From the NCBI GenBank assembly GCA_016235455.1, contig JACRKZ010000082.1, forward strand, positions 1 through 64,000: 64,000 nucleotides of DNA. The letters run 5' to 3'. This DNA comes from Armatimonadota bacterium. Lineage in GTDB: Bacteria > Armatimonadota > UBA10988. Of the stretch, positions 27,653 through 36,265 are shown piece by piece (position 1 is the stretch's first letter; each line of letters starts with the position of its first letter). Made by a program: the position numbers and the translations under genes. The notes under the pieces were generated by a model that worked only from the letters and a program-made list of their open reading frames with translations, had not been told where the DNA came from and made no database searches.

Positions 27653-27972
27653 CAGGCTGACTCCTCGAGAATGGCGCGCACGCGGAAGGCGCCGGATTCG
27701 GTGTCGGCCGCATTGGCGATGATGCGCTCTTGAGGCATGGATGGACGCGGCACATCTGGTCGTACCACGTTGCCCTCGGCTTCCACGGCCATGGCGGTAG
27801 GCTCGATGTTGCTGACATCGACCTCATTGAGCCGCGCCACATGGTGCAGGATGTTGGTCAGGTCGGTCGCGTACTTGGCGATCTCGGCCTCGGTGAGCGA
27901 CAGACGGGCCAGCCAGGCCAAGTGCTGCACATCCTCGATGGGCACCTGCGTGCGTGCGGTGGATTCAGGCAT
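27652..27972 (-). CDS. gatC: Asp/Glu-tRNA amidotransferase subunit C
   Basis: DVQHLAWLARL, VDVSNIEPT, FRVRAIL. Directly upstream of gatA. Confidence 0.93.
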   Translation of the reverse strand: MPESTARTQVPIEDVQHLAWLARLSLTEAEIAKYATDLTNILHHVARLNEVDVSNIEPTAMAVEAEGNVVRPDVPRPSMPQERIIANAADTESGAFRVRAILEESA

Positions 27973-28072
27973 AGAGCGGCCTCCGACGCGAGGCAGTATG
28001 CCGGATGAGGGCCGATTCGTCAACGCGACGGGGGCTGCGCTACAATGGTGGCAAGAGGCACTGGAGGCACCC

Positions 28073-28642
28073 ATGTCAGCCGTGGAGACACAGCCCATCC
28101 CGCCTGTGACTGCTGAGCAGTTCAGCAAGTTGGCGGCGTCGCTGGGTCGTTGCGAACTGATCGAGGGGAGGATCGTGACCATGGCGCCTGCGCATGGCCC
28201 TCACGGTGTGGCCGGGCAGCGGTTGGCCGTTGCCGTCGCCCATTGGGTGGCCGACCACGAACTAGGCGAGACAGTCCTAGCCGAGACAGGGTTTGTGCTG
28301 GCCACCGAGCCAGACACCGTCCGCGCCCCGGACTTGGCGGTGATCCCAGCAGACCGCATGCCGGATCCGGTCCCCGACGGTTGGCTGGGCGCTGTGCCCG
28401 TCCTGACGATCGAGGTGGCCTCGGCCGATGCGCGCCAAGCCGAGGTGCTCCACAAGGTGGGCTTGTGGCTTGACTTCGGCGTCAGCGTGGTCTGGGTGCT
28501 CTACCTGGGCCAGCGCTGTCTCGTGGAGTTCCGCGCCGGCGACCTCATTCGCCGCTTCGGCGAAGACGACACAGTCACGTGCGAGGACGTCCTGCCCGGC
28601 TTCGCCTACCCGCTTGGCCGAGCACTGCGCGGCATCGCCTGA
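28073..28642 (+). CDS. Uma2/DUF820 family PD-(D/E)xK-like endonuclease
   Basis: ELIEGRIVTMAP..H, ETGFVL..PDTVRAPD, IEVAS, DVLPGF. GGAGG RBS and TACAAT at 28041. Confidence 0.88.
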   Translation: MSAVETQPIPPVTAEQFSKLAASLGRCELIEGRIVTMAPAHGPHGVAGQRLAVAVAHWVADHELGETVLAETGFVLATEPDTVRAPDLAVIPADRMPDPVPDGWLGAVPVLTIEVASADARQAEVLHKVGLWLDFGVSVVWVLYLGQRCLVEFRAGDLIRRFGEDDTVTCEDVLPGFAYPLGRALRGIA

Positions 28643-28854
28643 CGCTCCGCCTCTCGTGTCCGCGCCGCGCGGCTCAACGCCGCCACCGGGCACTGCCGCA
28701 GGCACACCCAGCAGGCCGTGCAGGCCTCGAGGATCCGCGCCTGGCACCCGTCCATGACGATGGTGTCGTGCGGGCAGGCCAACTCGCAGTAGCCGCAGCC
28801 CGTGCAGCGCTCGGGGTCAACCGCCGCGATCTGCTCGGCCGGTCGTCTGGCCAT
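28606..28854 (-). CDS. 2[4Fe-4S] ferredoxin
   Basis: CTGCGYCELACP and CTACWVCLRQCP. Confidence 0.9.
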   Translation of the reverse strand: MARRPAEQIAAVDPERCTGCGYCELACPHDTIVMDGCQARILEACTACWVCLRQCPVAALSRAARTREAERQAMPRSARPSG

Positions 28855-28857
28855 GCG

Positions 28858-30153
28858 CTATGCCTCCAGCCCGAGGTGCCGCGCCATGGTGGCCGCGGCC
28901 GAGGCCACCACTTCCGCGGCGAAGCCATCGCCCGCGGAGTCGTGGCTGACCAGGTACAGGCCGTCGAGGCCGGGGCAGACCACCGGGCAGCGCCCGCGCC
29001 CGTGGTGCGCGATGCCTTGCGCCAGCCGCGCGGCGGGCCAGCGGCCGCGAAACACGCTCACGTGGAAGACGTCGTCGGGCGCGACACTGGGGAACAGCGC
29101 GCGCACCTCGTCCACGCCGGCGGCCACGCGCGCGGGCGTGAACGTCTCGGGCCGCAGCACCTGGTAGGCCAGCAGGTAGTGCCAGCCGGGCGGCGCCAAC
29201 TCCGGCGCACCGGCCGAGATCTGGATGTAGCCAGACACATGGCGTGAGTCCAGCGGCACCTCGATGCCCGCATGGGGCACCAGTGGCTGCCGCGAGCGGA
29301 CGCTGATGGACGCGCCCCAGGCCGGCACGGACCGCGCCAGCAGGTGCCGCAGTGCCGCCGGGCAGGCATTGCCCAGCAGGTCGGCCGCCACGCCAAGGCC
29401 CGTGCCCAGCACCACGACGTCGGCCGGCATGATCTGGCCGGACTCGGTCACCACTCCGCGGGCCGAGCGGCCGCTGACGAGGACACGGCGGACTCCCTGC
29501 CGCAGATGGATGTGGCCGCCATGCGCGCGGATGATGTCGGCCAAGGCCGAGGTGATCGACTTGACGCCGCCACGCACCACGCCCTCGGTGTGCCAGCGCT
29601 GGCTCCACATGCCGCAACCCAGATCGCGCACCGACGTCTCACCCAGCGGCACGCCGATAGAGAACTCGATGATGCGACCGGCGATGCGCAGCGTATCGGC
29701 CGGCACGTCCCACCGACGCAGCCACTGCTCGAAGGTGACATCGGGCAGCACGGGTCCAGCGGCCAGCGCACCGATGGCCGCGCCCAGTCGCCAGCGGCCC
29801 CGGCGCGGCAGCGTCTGCCAGAAGGTGTTGGGGCGTAGCACGTTCTTGGAGACGACAAAGCGCTCGTCGCCGCGGCGCACAACGAAAGACGGCCGCGGCA
29901 GGTGGAGTTGCAGATCGACCCCAAGCCGAGCGCAGGCCCGCGCAATTGGGCCATGGCCGCCGCCCGGCAAGGTGTGGAACGCGCCCGTGGGCACCGCGAA
30001 GCCGTCACGGTCGAAACTGGTGAACTTGCCGCCGACAAAGGCCAGCGGTTCGAACAGCTCCACGCGGTAGCCGGCGCGGGCCAGGTAGGCGCCACTCAGC
30101 AGCCCACCCAGCCCGGCACCGGCAATCACCGCGCTTGGCGGCTGGTCGCGCAC
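28858..30153 (-). CDS. FAD-dependent oxidoreductase, phytoene-desaturase-like
   Basis: IAGAGLGGL dinucleotide motif and VGGKFTSFDRDGFAVPTGAFH. Confidence 0.8.
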   Translation of the reverse strand: MRDQPPSAVIAGAGLGGLLSGAYLARAGYRVELFEPLAFVGGKFTSFDRDGFAVPTGAFHTLPGGGHGPIARACARLGVDLQLHLPRPSFVVRRGDERFVVSKNVLRPNTFWQTLPRRGRWRLGAAIGALAAGPVLPDVTFEQWLRRWDVPADTLRIAGRIIEFSIGVPLGETSVRDLGCGMWSQRWHTEGVVRGGVKSITSALADIIRAHGGHIHLRQGVRRVLVSGRSARGVVTESGQIMPADVVVLGTGLGVAADLLGNACPAALRHLLARSVPAWGASISVRSRQPLVPHAGIEVPLDSRHVSGYIQISAGAPELAPPGWHYLLAYQVLRPETFTPARVAAGVDEVRALFPSVAPDDVFHVSVFRGRWPAARLAQGIAHHGRGRCPVVCPGLDGLYLVSHDSAGDGFAAEVVASAAATMARHLGLEA

Positions 30154-30154
30154 G

Positions 30155-31213
30155 CTACTTGGCAAACGACGCCTGATACTCGGCCCACAGGGTGTCGAGA
30201 TCGGCGCCGGTCCAGCGGGCCCACACGTCCGGGCTGTACTGGTTGCGGCGCATGGCGGTGCTCAGCTTGACGGTCAGACCAGGCGCGCGATGCGTCTCAA
30301 TCCAGTCGAGGAACGCGCCGGTGCGCTGGTACGAGTCGCGGTAGCTGCCGCCGGGCCGCGGCTTGGGGCGATGCCCGAGCGTTTCGTAGTTCCACCAGCG
30401 AGCCCAGTCGGTGATGCCTTCGACCAGCCACACCGGGTCATAGCGAGGGTAGTGCTGGATGACATGGATGCTCTCGTGGATCATCGCGCCCACGTCGTCG
30501 CGGTGCGCGCGGAACCACTGGGCGGAGCCGGTGATGTGCGTGCCACCCGTGGCCGCCACGCCGTCCTGCTCCTTGATGTCCATGTCGATGCGCCGCGCGG
30601 GCCGATAGCCGTCGCTGGCGAGCATTTCGCAGAAGAACGGCCACCAGGTCATCACCGTGCGCCGCATCCCCACCGACCAGTCCTTGAGGTCGGCCGCCTG
30701 GCAGTCGACAAGCAGGTCCAGCGGGTAGCTGTAGCGCGGCACGGCCGGAGTACTGCTCAGCCACAGTTCGCGCACCACCAGCGGGTCGGTGCCGTCGGCG
30801 GTGACCTTCAGGCGCAAGGCCTTGACCTGGCGCCCATCGAGCTTGGTCTTGGCGGTGCCGGCGTCGACCTTGGCCACATCTTCCCAGGCCTTGCCGTCGA
30901 CCGAGACCTCCAGCGCGCCGGCGGCCAGCTTGGCCGAGCCATCGGCTTCACCGGTCAGCACGGCCAGTTCCTTGACCGCCACCGGCTCGCTGAGCTCGAC
31001 GGTCAGCGTGTCGCCGCTCTTGGCGGGCCCCGCCGACTTGTAGCTGGTGGTGTCATCGCCGTCGAAGGCACACTGCCCCACGCGGTCGCCCGCGGGCTGC
31101 TGGCTGGATTCCAGCCAGGGCTGCGGCCCGGTCAGCTTGTCAGGAGGGGTCGGCGCGGCAAACACCGGAACGCACACGGCCAGAGCGGCCCACGACAGTC
31201 TCATTGGCTTCAC
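30155..31213 (-). CDS. Secreted discoidin-domain + basic secretory protein (BSP) metallopeptidase-like protein
   Basis: AFDGDDTT discoidin start; IHESIHVIQ (HExxH) and WLVEGITD. Confidence 0.8.
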   Translation of the reverse strand: MKPMRLSWAALAVCVPVFAAPTPPDKLTGPQPWLESSQQPAGDRVGQCAFDGDDTTSYKSAGPAKSGDTLTVELSEPVAVKELAVLTGEADGSAKLAAGALEVSVDGKAWEDVAKVDAGTAKTKLDGRQVKALRLKVTADGTDPLVVRELWLSSTPAVPRYSYPLDLLVDCQAADLKDWSVGMRRTVMTWWPFFCEMLASDGYRPARRIDMDIKEQDGVAATGGTHITGSAQWFRAHRDDVGAMIHESIHVIQHYPRYDPVWLVEGITDWARWWNYETLGHRPKPRPGGSYRDSYQRTGAFLDWIETHRAPGLTVKLSTAMRRNQYSPDVWARWTGADLDTLWAEYQASFAK

Positions 31214-31264
31214 CTCGGTGTAGTAAACGAGCGGATAGGATACACGATCTGCTCCGGCTCATGC

Positions 31265-32569
31265 TCAATCGATCATACTGACCACTGTCATGACGCACAT
31301 CGTGCCGTCGAGGTTCACCACTTCGAAGTTGGCGCGACTGCGCCTGATCTGGCCACTGGCCAACCGGAAGTCGGCCTCCCGGCCAACCACGCGCCCATGC
31401 CGGCGCAGTTCCTGCACCACTGCCTCGCGTTGGGCCGGTGACGACCAGAGCCGGAGGTCGTAGCTGGTCTTGCCGATGACCTCGCTGCGCGCATAGCCGG
31501 AAACGGCGGTGAAGCTGTCGCTGCAGTCGACCACCATGCCGTCCTCGAGGGTGGTGATGATGACGGCGTCCGGGACGTTGCGGAACGCCGCGGCGAGTTT
31601 GCGCTCGGCCTGCGCGAGCCGGCGCTGCTCAACGCCACGGCCGACCAGCAGACCCAACATGCGCGCTGATGAGCGAAGCCGTTCGCGCACCAGGCCGAAC
31701 AGATAGGCCGGCCGGCGCGGATGTTGATCGGCCACGCCGAGCAGCAGTCCGGGATCCACGCCGTAGCGTTCCGCCACCAGGTGCAGGCTGGCGATGTCGC
31801 TGGGTGGATCGGACACGGAGCCGCACAGAGCGCCCACCACGCCGCGATCGGTGAGGATGGGCACAGCATGGATTGCTACGCCGCCGGCACAGACCGTGTC
31901 GGCCGCCCGGCCCGTGGTCAGCACCGGCATAACCGCGCCATGCCAGCGGCACTCATGGCAGATCCAACGCCCGCTGCGAAGAGCATCCTGCGCCCGGCCT
32001 CCAGCAGACTCGAACGACGTCTGGTCGAGCCACTGGCACCATCGTCCTCCGTGGCAGCCGGCGACGAAGCTGCCATCGCCCTCGAAGGCCCAGACACTCG
32101 ACCCGGCCATCGTCGCTATCTCGTGCACAACCGCGTCCAGCACCTCGACGCTCGCCAGTTCGCCCAGCAACGTCTGGCCTCGGGTTTGGCCAGTCGACTC
32201 GCCGCTCGTCGAAGGGCGGCCGTAGAGGGCTCCGCCAGCGGCTTGGCTGGATACTCCGTCGTGGTAGCCACAGACTTCTGTGGGCCGGCAGACCACCGAC
32301 ACGTGCGCCAGCGCGCCCGGTATCATGGCGACGCTTGCCACCACCGGCTGTGCGCCGGCGACCAGGCGCAGATCCAGCTGCGTGGGCAGCGTCGTGGCCT
32401 GCGCCAGAGCCTGGGCGAATCGCGGGCGGTCGTCAGCATGTACAATTTCGGCAGCCGCCATGCCCACCGTCTGCGCCGCCCAATCGGCAGCAGTCGCCGG
32501 CTCCAGGCTGGCCGCGCGCACAATGCCCGCCCAGTCCAGGACGAACGCCACCTCGTTCCACACATCCAT
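31265..32569 (-). CDS. PAS - PocR - PAS sensor protein without an output domain
   Basis: VHADDRPRF (PAS); WC...WICHECRW...CAGG..HAVPI..VVGAL (PocR-like); FRNVPDAVIITTLEDG...SGYARSEVIGKT (PAS). Confidence 0.75.
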   Translation of the reverse strand: MDVWNEVAFVLDWAGIVRAASLEPATAADWAAQTVGMAAAEIVHADDRPRFAQALAQATTLPTQLDLRLVAGAQPVVASVAMIPGALAHVSVVCRPTEVCGYHDGVSSQAAGGALYGRPSTSGESTGQTRGQTLLGELASVEVLDAVVHEIATMAGSSVWAFEGDGSFVAGCHGGRWCQWLDQTSFESAGGRAQDALRSGRWICHECRWHGAVMPVLTTGRAADTVCAGGVAIHAVPILTDRGVVGALCGSVSDPPSDIASLHLVAERYGVDPGLLLGVADQHPRRPAYLFGLVRERLRSSARMLGLLVGRGVEQRRLAQAERKLAAAFRNVPDAVIITTLEDGMVVDCSDSFTAVSGYARSEVIGKTSYDLRLWSSPAQREAVVQELRRHGRVVGREADFRLASGQIRRSRANFEVVNLDGTMCVMTVVSMID

Positions 32570-32686
32570 AGAGCCGCATGCCCTCACCGGGAACGCAGAA
32601 CGCCCCGCGCCAGCCTGGCAGTGGAAGTACTGACCGCGTCTGGGTAGAATAGGGCCAACAGCCTACCACGGCATGGAATCGCCAAC

Positions 32687-33853
32687 ATGAACGGCAGTCT
32701 GCTCAACCGCGCCATTGCCTGCCTGCCCCTGCTGATGCTCGGAGGTGTCTGCATGAGTCAACCCGGTCCCACGACACACTGCACCGACCTGCGCCCCCGC
32801 TGGGCCGAGTTGGGCCTGACCCCCAAGTCGCAGCATCCGCGCGGGACCTGCTCGGTCTTCGCCACCACGGGGCTGCTCGAGTTTGAGCTGGCCAGCGCCC
32901 ACGGGCCAGGGCCGCGGCTGTCCGAGGAGTTCGTCAACTGGGCCTCGCACACCGCCAGCGGTCGCGACTCCGACGGCTCGTTCTTCTCCGACGCCATCGA
33001 CGGCCTGCAGCTCTACGGCGCGTGTGTGGAGCAACTGCTGCCCTACGCGGCCGAGTTCGATGCCAAGCTGCAGCCGAGTGCCGAGGCCAGTAGCGACGCG
33101 GCCACGCGGCGCGGCGTCACCAGCTACTGGATCAAGCTCTGGGATGTTCACACGGGCATGACCGAGACCATGCTGGCGCGCATTCGGCAGAGCCTGGACC
33201 AGGGCCATCCGGTCGCGTTGGGCATGCGCTGGCCCAATGAGGAAAGCTACGATGAGCACCACGTGCTGGCGCTGCCGCCGGCCGACAAGGTGTTCGACGG
33301 ACACAGCGTGGTGCTGGTCGCCTATCGCGAGGACGCCAAGCTGCCCGGCGGCGGCGCCTTCTGTTTCCGCAACTCATCGGGACCCAAGTGGCAGGATGCC
33401 GGACACGCCTGGCTATCGTATGGCTACGTGGCCGCCTACGGCAACGACGCCGTGGGCTTGCGCCTGGCCGGGCCATCGACCGCCGTCGCCGACGAGACCG
33501 CCCTGCCCATCGCCGCTCTGCCCGTCAGTTCGAGTCACGGCGAAGCCGGCGCGGCGAAGTACGAGGTGCGGTGGCGCGTGGACGTGCCTGCCGCCGATCT
33601 GTACGAGTTGGCCATCTGGGCCACGCGCGGCGGCGATGCCGGCATCGCGCGCGTGGGCGCGAACAAGCTCACGCTGCAGGCCGGCCTCGACCTGTACGCG
33701 GCCGACGGCCAGGCGGCGCAACGCATCGTACTGGGGGTGATGCCGCTGGCGGCAGGCGCCAACACTGTGACGGTCGAGTGCCGGGGCAAAAACAGCGCAT
33801 CCGGCGGGTACCGCCTGCCGATTGACAAGCTGGTACTCCGCCGGATGCCATAG
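32687..33853 (+). CDS. C1 (papain-like) cysteine peptidase with a C-terminal CBM-like beta-sandwich
   Basis: QHPRGTCSVFA, DGHSVVLVAY, FRNSSG catalytic Cys/His/Asn. Signal peptide. Confidence 0.85.
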   Translation: MNGSLLNRAIACLPLLMLGGVCMSQPGPTTHCTDLRPRWAELGLTPKSQHPRGTCSVFATTGLLEFELASAHGPGPRLSEEFVNWASHTASGRDSDGSFFSDAIDGLQLYGACVEQLLPYAAEFDAKLQPSAEASSDAATRRGVTSYWIKLWDVHTGMTETMLARIRQSLDQGHPVALGMRWPNEESYDEHHVLALPPADKVFDGHSVVLVAYREDAKLPGGGAFCFRNSSGPKWQDAGHAWLSYGYVAAYGNDAVGLRLAGPSTAVADETALPIAALPVSSSHGEAGAAKYEVRWRVDVPAADLYELAIWATRGGDAGIARVGANKLTLQAGLDLYAADGQAAQRIVLGVMPLAAGANTVTVECRGKNSASGGYRLPIDKLVLRRMP

Positions 33854-33855
33854 GC

Positions 33856-33887
33856 GAGGCCGCGTCTGGGCGCTGCCCCGCGGCCTC
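33856..33887. terminator. GC hairpin between convergent genes
   Basis: GAGGCCGCG...CGCGGCCTC stem. No U-tract. Confidence 0.3.
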
Positions 33888-34593
33888 ACATGGGCACCGC
33901 CCAGACGTTGCGGAACGAGACCAGGTCGTGGTTCCCCTGCAGCACGATCGGGGCCTTGGCCACTTCGCCGGGGAAGTCGCCGTACTGGATGCCGGTCGGG
34001 CCGTTGAAGTCCTCGTTCATCATGGTCACGACGCCGTTCTGGATGACGGTGGCGCGGGCCTTCTCGGTCACCTTGCCGTCGGCATCGAAGCGCGGGGCGC
34101 GGAAGAAGATGTCATAGCTCTGCCACTGGCCGGCGGGTTTGCAGGCGTTGACGCGGGCGGCCTTCTGGTTGTAGAAGCCGGCGCAGTCCTGCGGGCCCTG
34201 CTTGACGCCGAACGAGTTCATGATCTGCACTTCATAGCGGCCCATGAAGCCGACCCCGGCGTTGCCGTGACCGATGGGCTTGCCCTCGGCATCGGCCGGG
34301 CAGCGGAACTCGAGGTGCAAGTAAAGGTCGCCGAACTCGGCCTTGCTGGTGATGTCGCTCTTGTCGGGCGTGAAGCACCCGTCGGCCATCTTCCAGCCGC
34401 AGTCGTCCTTGCTGCCGCGCTTATACCAGTTGGCGCCGGCGCTCTCGGGCTTGTCACTCATCAGGACCACCGCGCCAGCCGACGGAGTCGTGGGCATCGG
34501 CAGCACCACCGGCGCCGGCGCGTCCTGCGCGGCGGCCAGCGTGCCCATCGTCGCGGCCCCCAGGGCCAGCAGCATGCTCTTTGTGCGTGTCAT
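33886..34593 (-). CDS. DUF1080 (3-keto-disaccharide hydrolase-like) protein
   Basis: FGDLYLHLEF, GNAGV, RYEVQI, GQWQSYDI.FRAPRF, LQGNH..V.FRNVW. Signal peptide. Confidence 0.85.
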   Translation of the reverse strand: MTRTKSMLLALGAATMGTLAAAQDAPAPVVLPMPTTPSAGAVVLMSDKPESAGANWYKRGSKDDCGWKMADGCFTPDKSDITSKAEFGDLYLHLEFRCPADAEGKPIGHGNAGVGFMGRYEVQIMNSFGVKQGPQDCAGFYNQKAARVNACKPAGQWQSYDIFFRAPRFDADGKVTEKARATVIQNGVVTMMNEDFNGPTGIQYGDFPGEVAKAPIVLQGNHDLVSFRNVWAVPM

Positions 34594-34708
34594 CGGCACA
34601 TCTCCCGGTTGGCCCATTCACCATCGACGCGCGCGCACCTGCACGCGCGCGGCCGGCGTGCGAATCGATCCGCCGATCCGTTATGTCGCTCACCGATACG
34701 AGCCCGGC

Positions 34709-36265
34709 TCAGCCCTCGGCGGCCGAATGCCCGCCGGACTGGCCGGTGGGCGCGGCACGGCGCGAGCCGGTCGTGGCGCGGCGCACCGCGGTGCGACCGA
34801 CGCGGATCGGCCCGTCGACCAATTCGGGCACGTTGAAGGTGCAAGTCTCGCGCTCATGCAGGCGCGGATCGCTCCGCGGCACGACGAAGGGCTTGGAGGC
34901 GACACCCGCGGCGTCGACATAGCGCAGGTACGGTCGGGCCAGCAGGTTGTTGTCGCGCTTGCTCGCGCAGACGATCCAGCGGCTGTTACCGGACCAGGAG
35001 TGCCAGGAGTCATGGCGCGTCGGCGCGGTCGACTCCAGGGCCACGGGTTGGGCTCCCGGCCGGGTCAGGTCCAGCAGGTACAGGTCGCTACGCTCCTGGA
35101 AGACCGGGAACGTGCCGGCCTCGCACAGGCAGAACAGCAGGAACCGGCCGTCGGGCGAGATGCGCGGCTCCAGCGCCGACCCGCCAACCGTCCGGGCGGA
35201 GACGACAGTCTCGGGTGACCCGAAACGGCCGGTCGCCTGGTCATAGGCCGCGCGGGCGATGTCGTAGCGCAGGTTCTTCTGCTGCGCCACGGGCATGTAG
35301 CTGCTCTCCGGCCAGAGCCTAGGCGCGGTGGCGAAGTAGAGCCATCGGCCGTCGGCCGACCAACAGGGGAAGGTCGGCAGTCGGCCGGGCGGATTGATCT
35401 CGGGCGGGACGGTGACCTGACCGGTGGCCACGGTGTAGACAGCCAGGCTGGAGGCAACGTCGAGCGCGGCCTTGGCGCGGTCGGCCTGCGGGTAGTACTG
35501 CAGGATACGATTGCGCGAGAAAGCGATGGTCTGACCGTTGGGGTGCCAACTGGAGTAGCCGGCCGGCGGGCCGCTGCCGCCGACGCGGGTGTCGGCCGCC
35601 TGCGCCTGAGAGCCGCGCACGACCACCATGGCGGGGTCGCCGGGGAACAACCGCGTGTGGAACACGAAGCTGTCGGCGCGGCGATCGTGGAAGGAGTGGC
35701 AGTTGAGGCATCCATCGCCGATGTCGTCGCGGGTGGCGATGGCGGTCTCGTCGAAGCCGCGCAGGTCGCGCTGGTAGATGCCCATCGGGCCGCTGGAGTC
35801 ATAGAACGGCCGGAACCGGCGGTAGGCCAGGTAGTTCTCGACCGGCTCGGCGGCCACCGTCTGGCGTACGGGCTGGTAGCGGTTCCAGCGACCGTCATCG
35901 GCCCGCGCCCAGACGTCCAGTCGCAGTTCACGGCCACGATTGGCCGCGAGCAGCCGGTGCCAGCCCTTCAGCGGGAAGATCATGACACCATTGCGGCTGG
36001 ACGCCGCCACGGTGCGTCCCTGGCCATCCGTCAGTCGGGCCAGGTAGCGGCGGCCGGACTCCACCACCATGAAGTTGAGCGGCGCGATGTTGGGTGGGAT
36101 GACCAGGTCGGTGTAGTCCGGCTCCAGCCGGGGCGCCCGCGCGGTCGCGGTGCACTGGCTGTCCGGCGGCGGCCGTTCGTCGAGTCGGCGCCACGCGGCC
36201 CGCGCGGCGCCCAGCAGCAGCAGCAGGGCGACCAGCAGCCACCAGCGGCGAGTGGGACGTGTCAT
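34709..36265 (-). CDS. TolB/PD40-like beta-propeller protein with CxxCH (copy 1)
   Basis: PDYTDLVIPPNIAPLNF, CLNCHSF, SWHPNG, PCWSADG, PRISPDG, DSWHSWS. Confidence 0.8.
   Translation of the reverse strand: MTRPTRRWWLLVALLLLLGAARAAWRRLDERPPPDSQCTATARAPRLEPDYTDLVIPPNIAPLNFMVVESGRRYLARLTDGQGRTVAASSRNGVMIFPLKGWHRLLAANRGRELRLDVWARADDGRWNRYQPVRQTVAAEPVENYLAYRRFRPFYDSSGPMGIYQRDLRGFDETAIATRDDIGDGCLNCHSFHDRRADSFVFHTRLFPGDPAMVVVRGSQAQAADTRVGGSGPPAGYSSWHPNGQTIAFSRNRILQYYPQADRAKAALDVASSLAVYTVATGQVTVPPEINPPGRLPTFPCWSADGRWLYFATAPRLWPESSYMPVAQQKNLRYDIARAAYDQATGRFGSPETVVSARTVGGSALEPRISPDGRFLLFCLCEAGTFPVFQERSDLYLLDLTRPGAQPVALESTAPTRHDSWHSWSGNSRWIVCASKRDNNLLARPYLRYVDAAGVASKPFVVPRSDPRLHERETCTFNVPELVDGPIRVGRTAVRRATTGSRRAAPTGQSGGHSAAEG

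Noticed and set aside
28073-28642. Uma2 nuclease as a defence system or mobile element
   Set aside because: Solo gene of a commonly expanded family, with no partner methylase or element ends visible.
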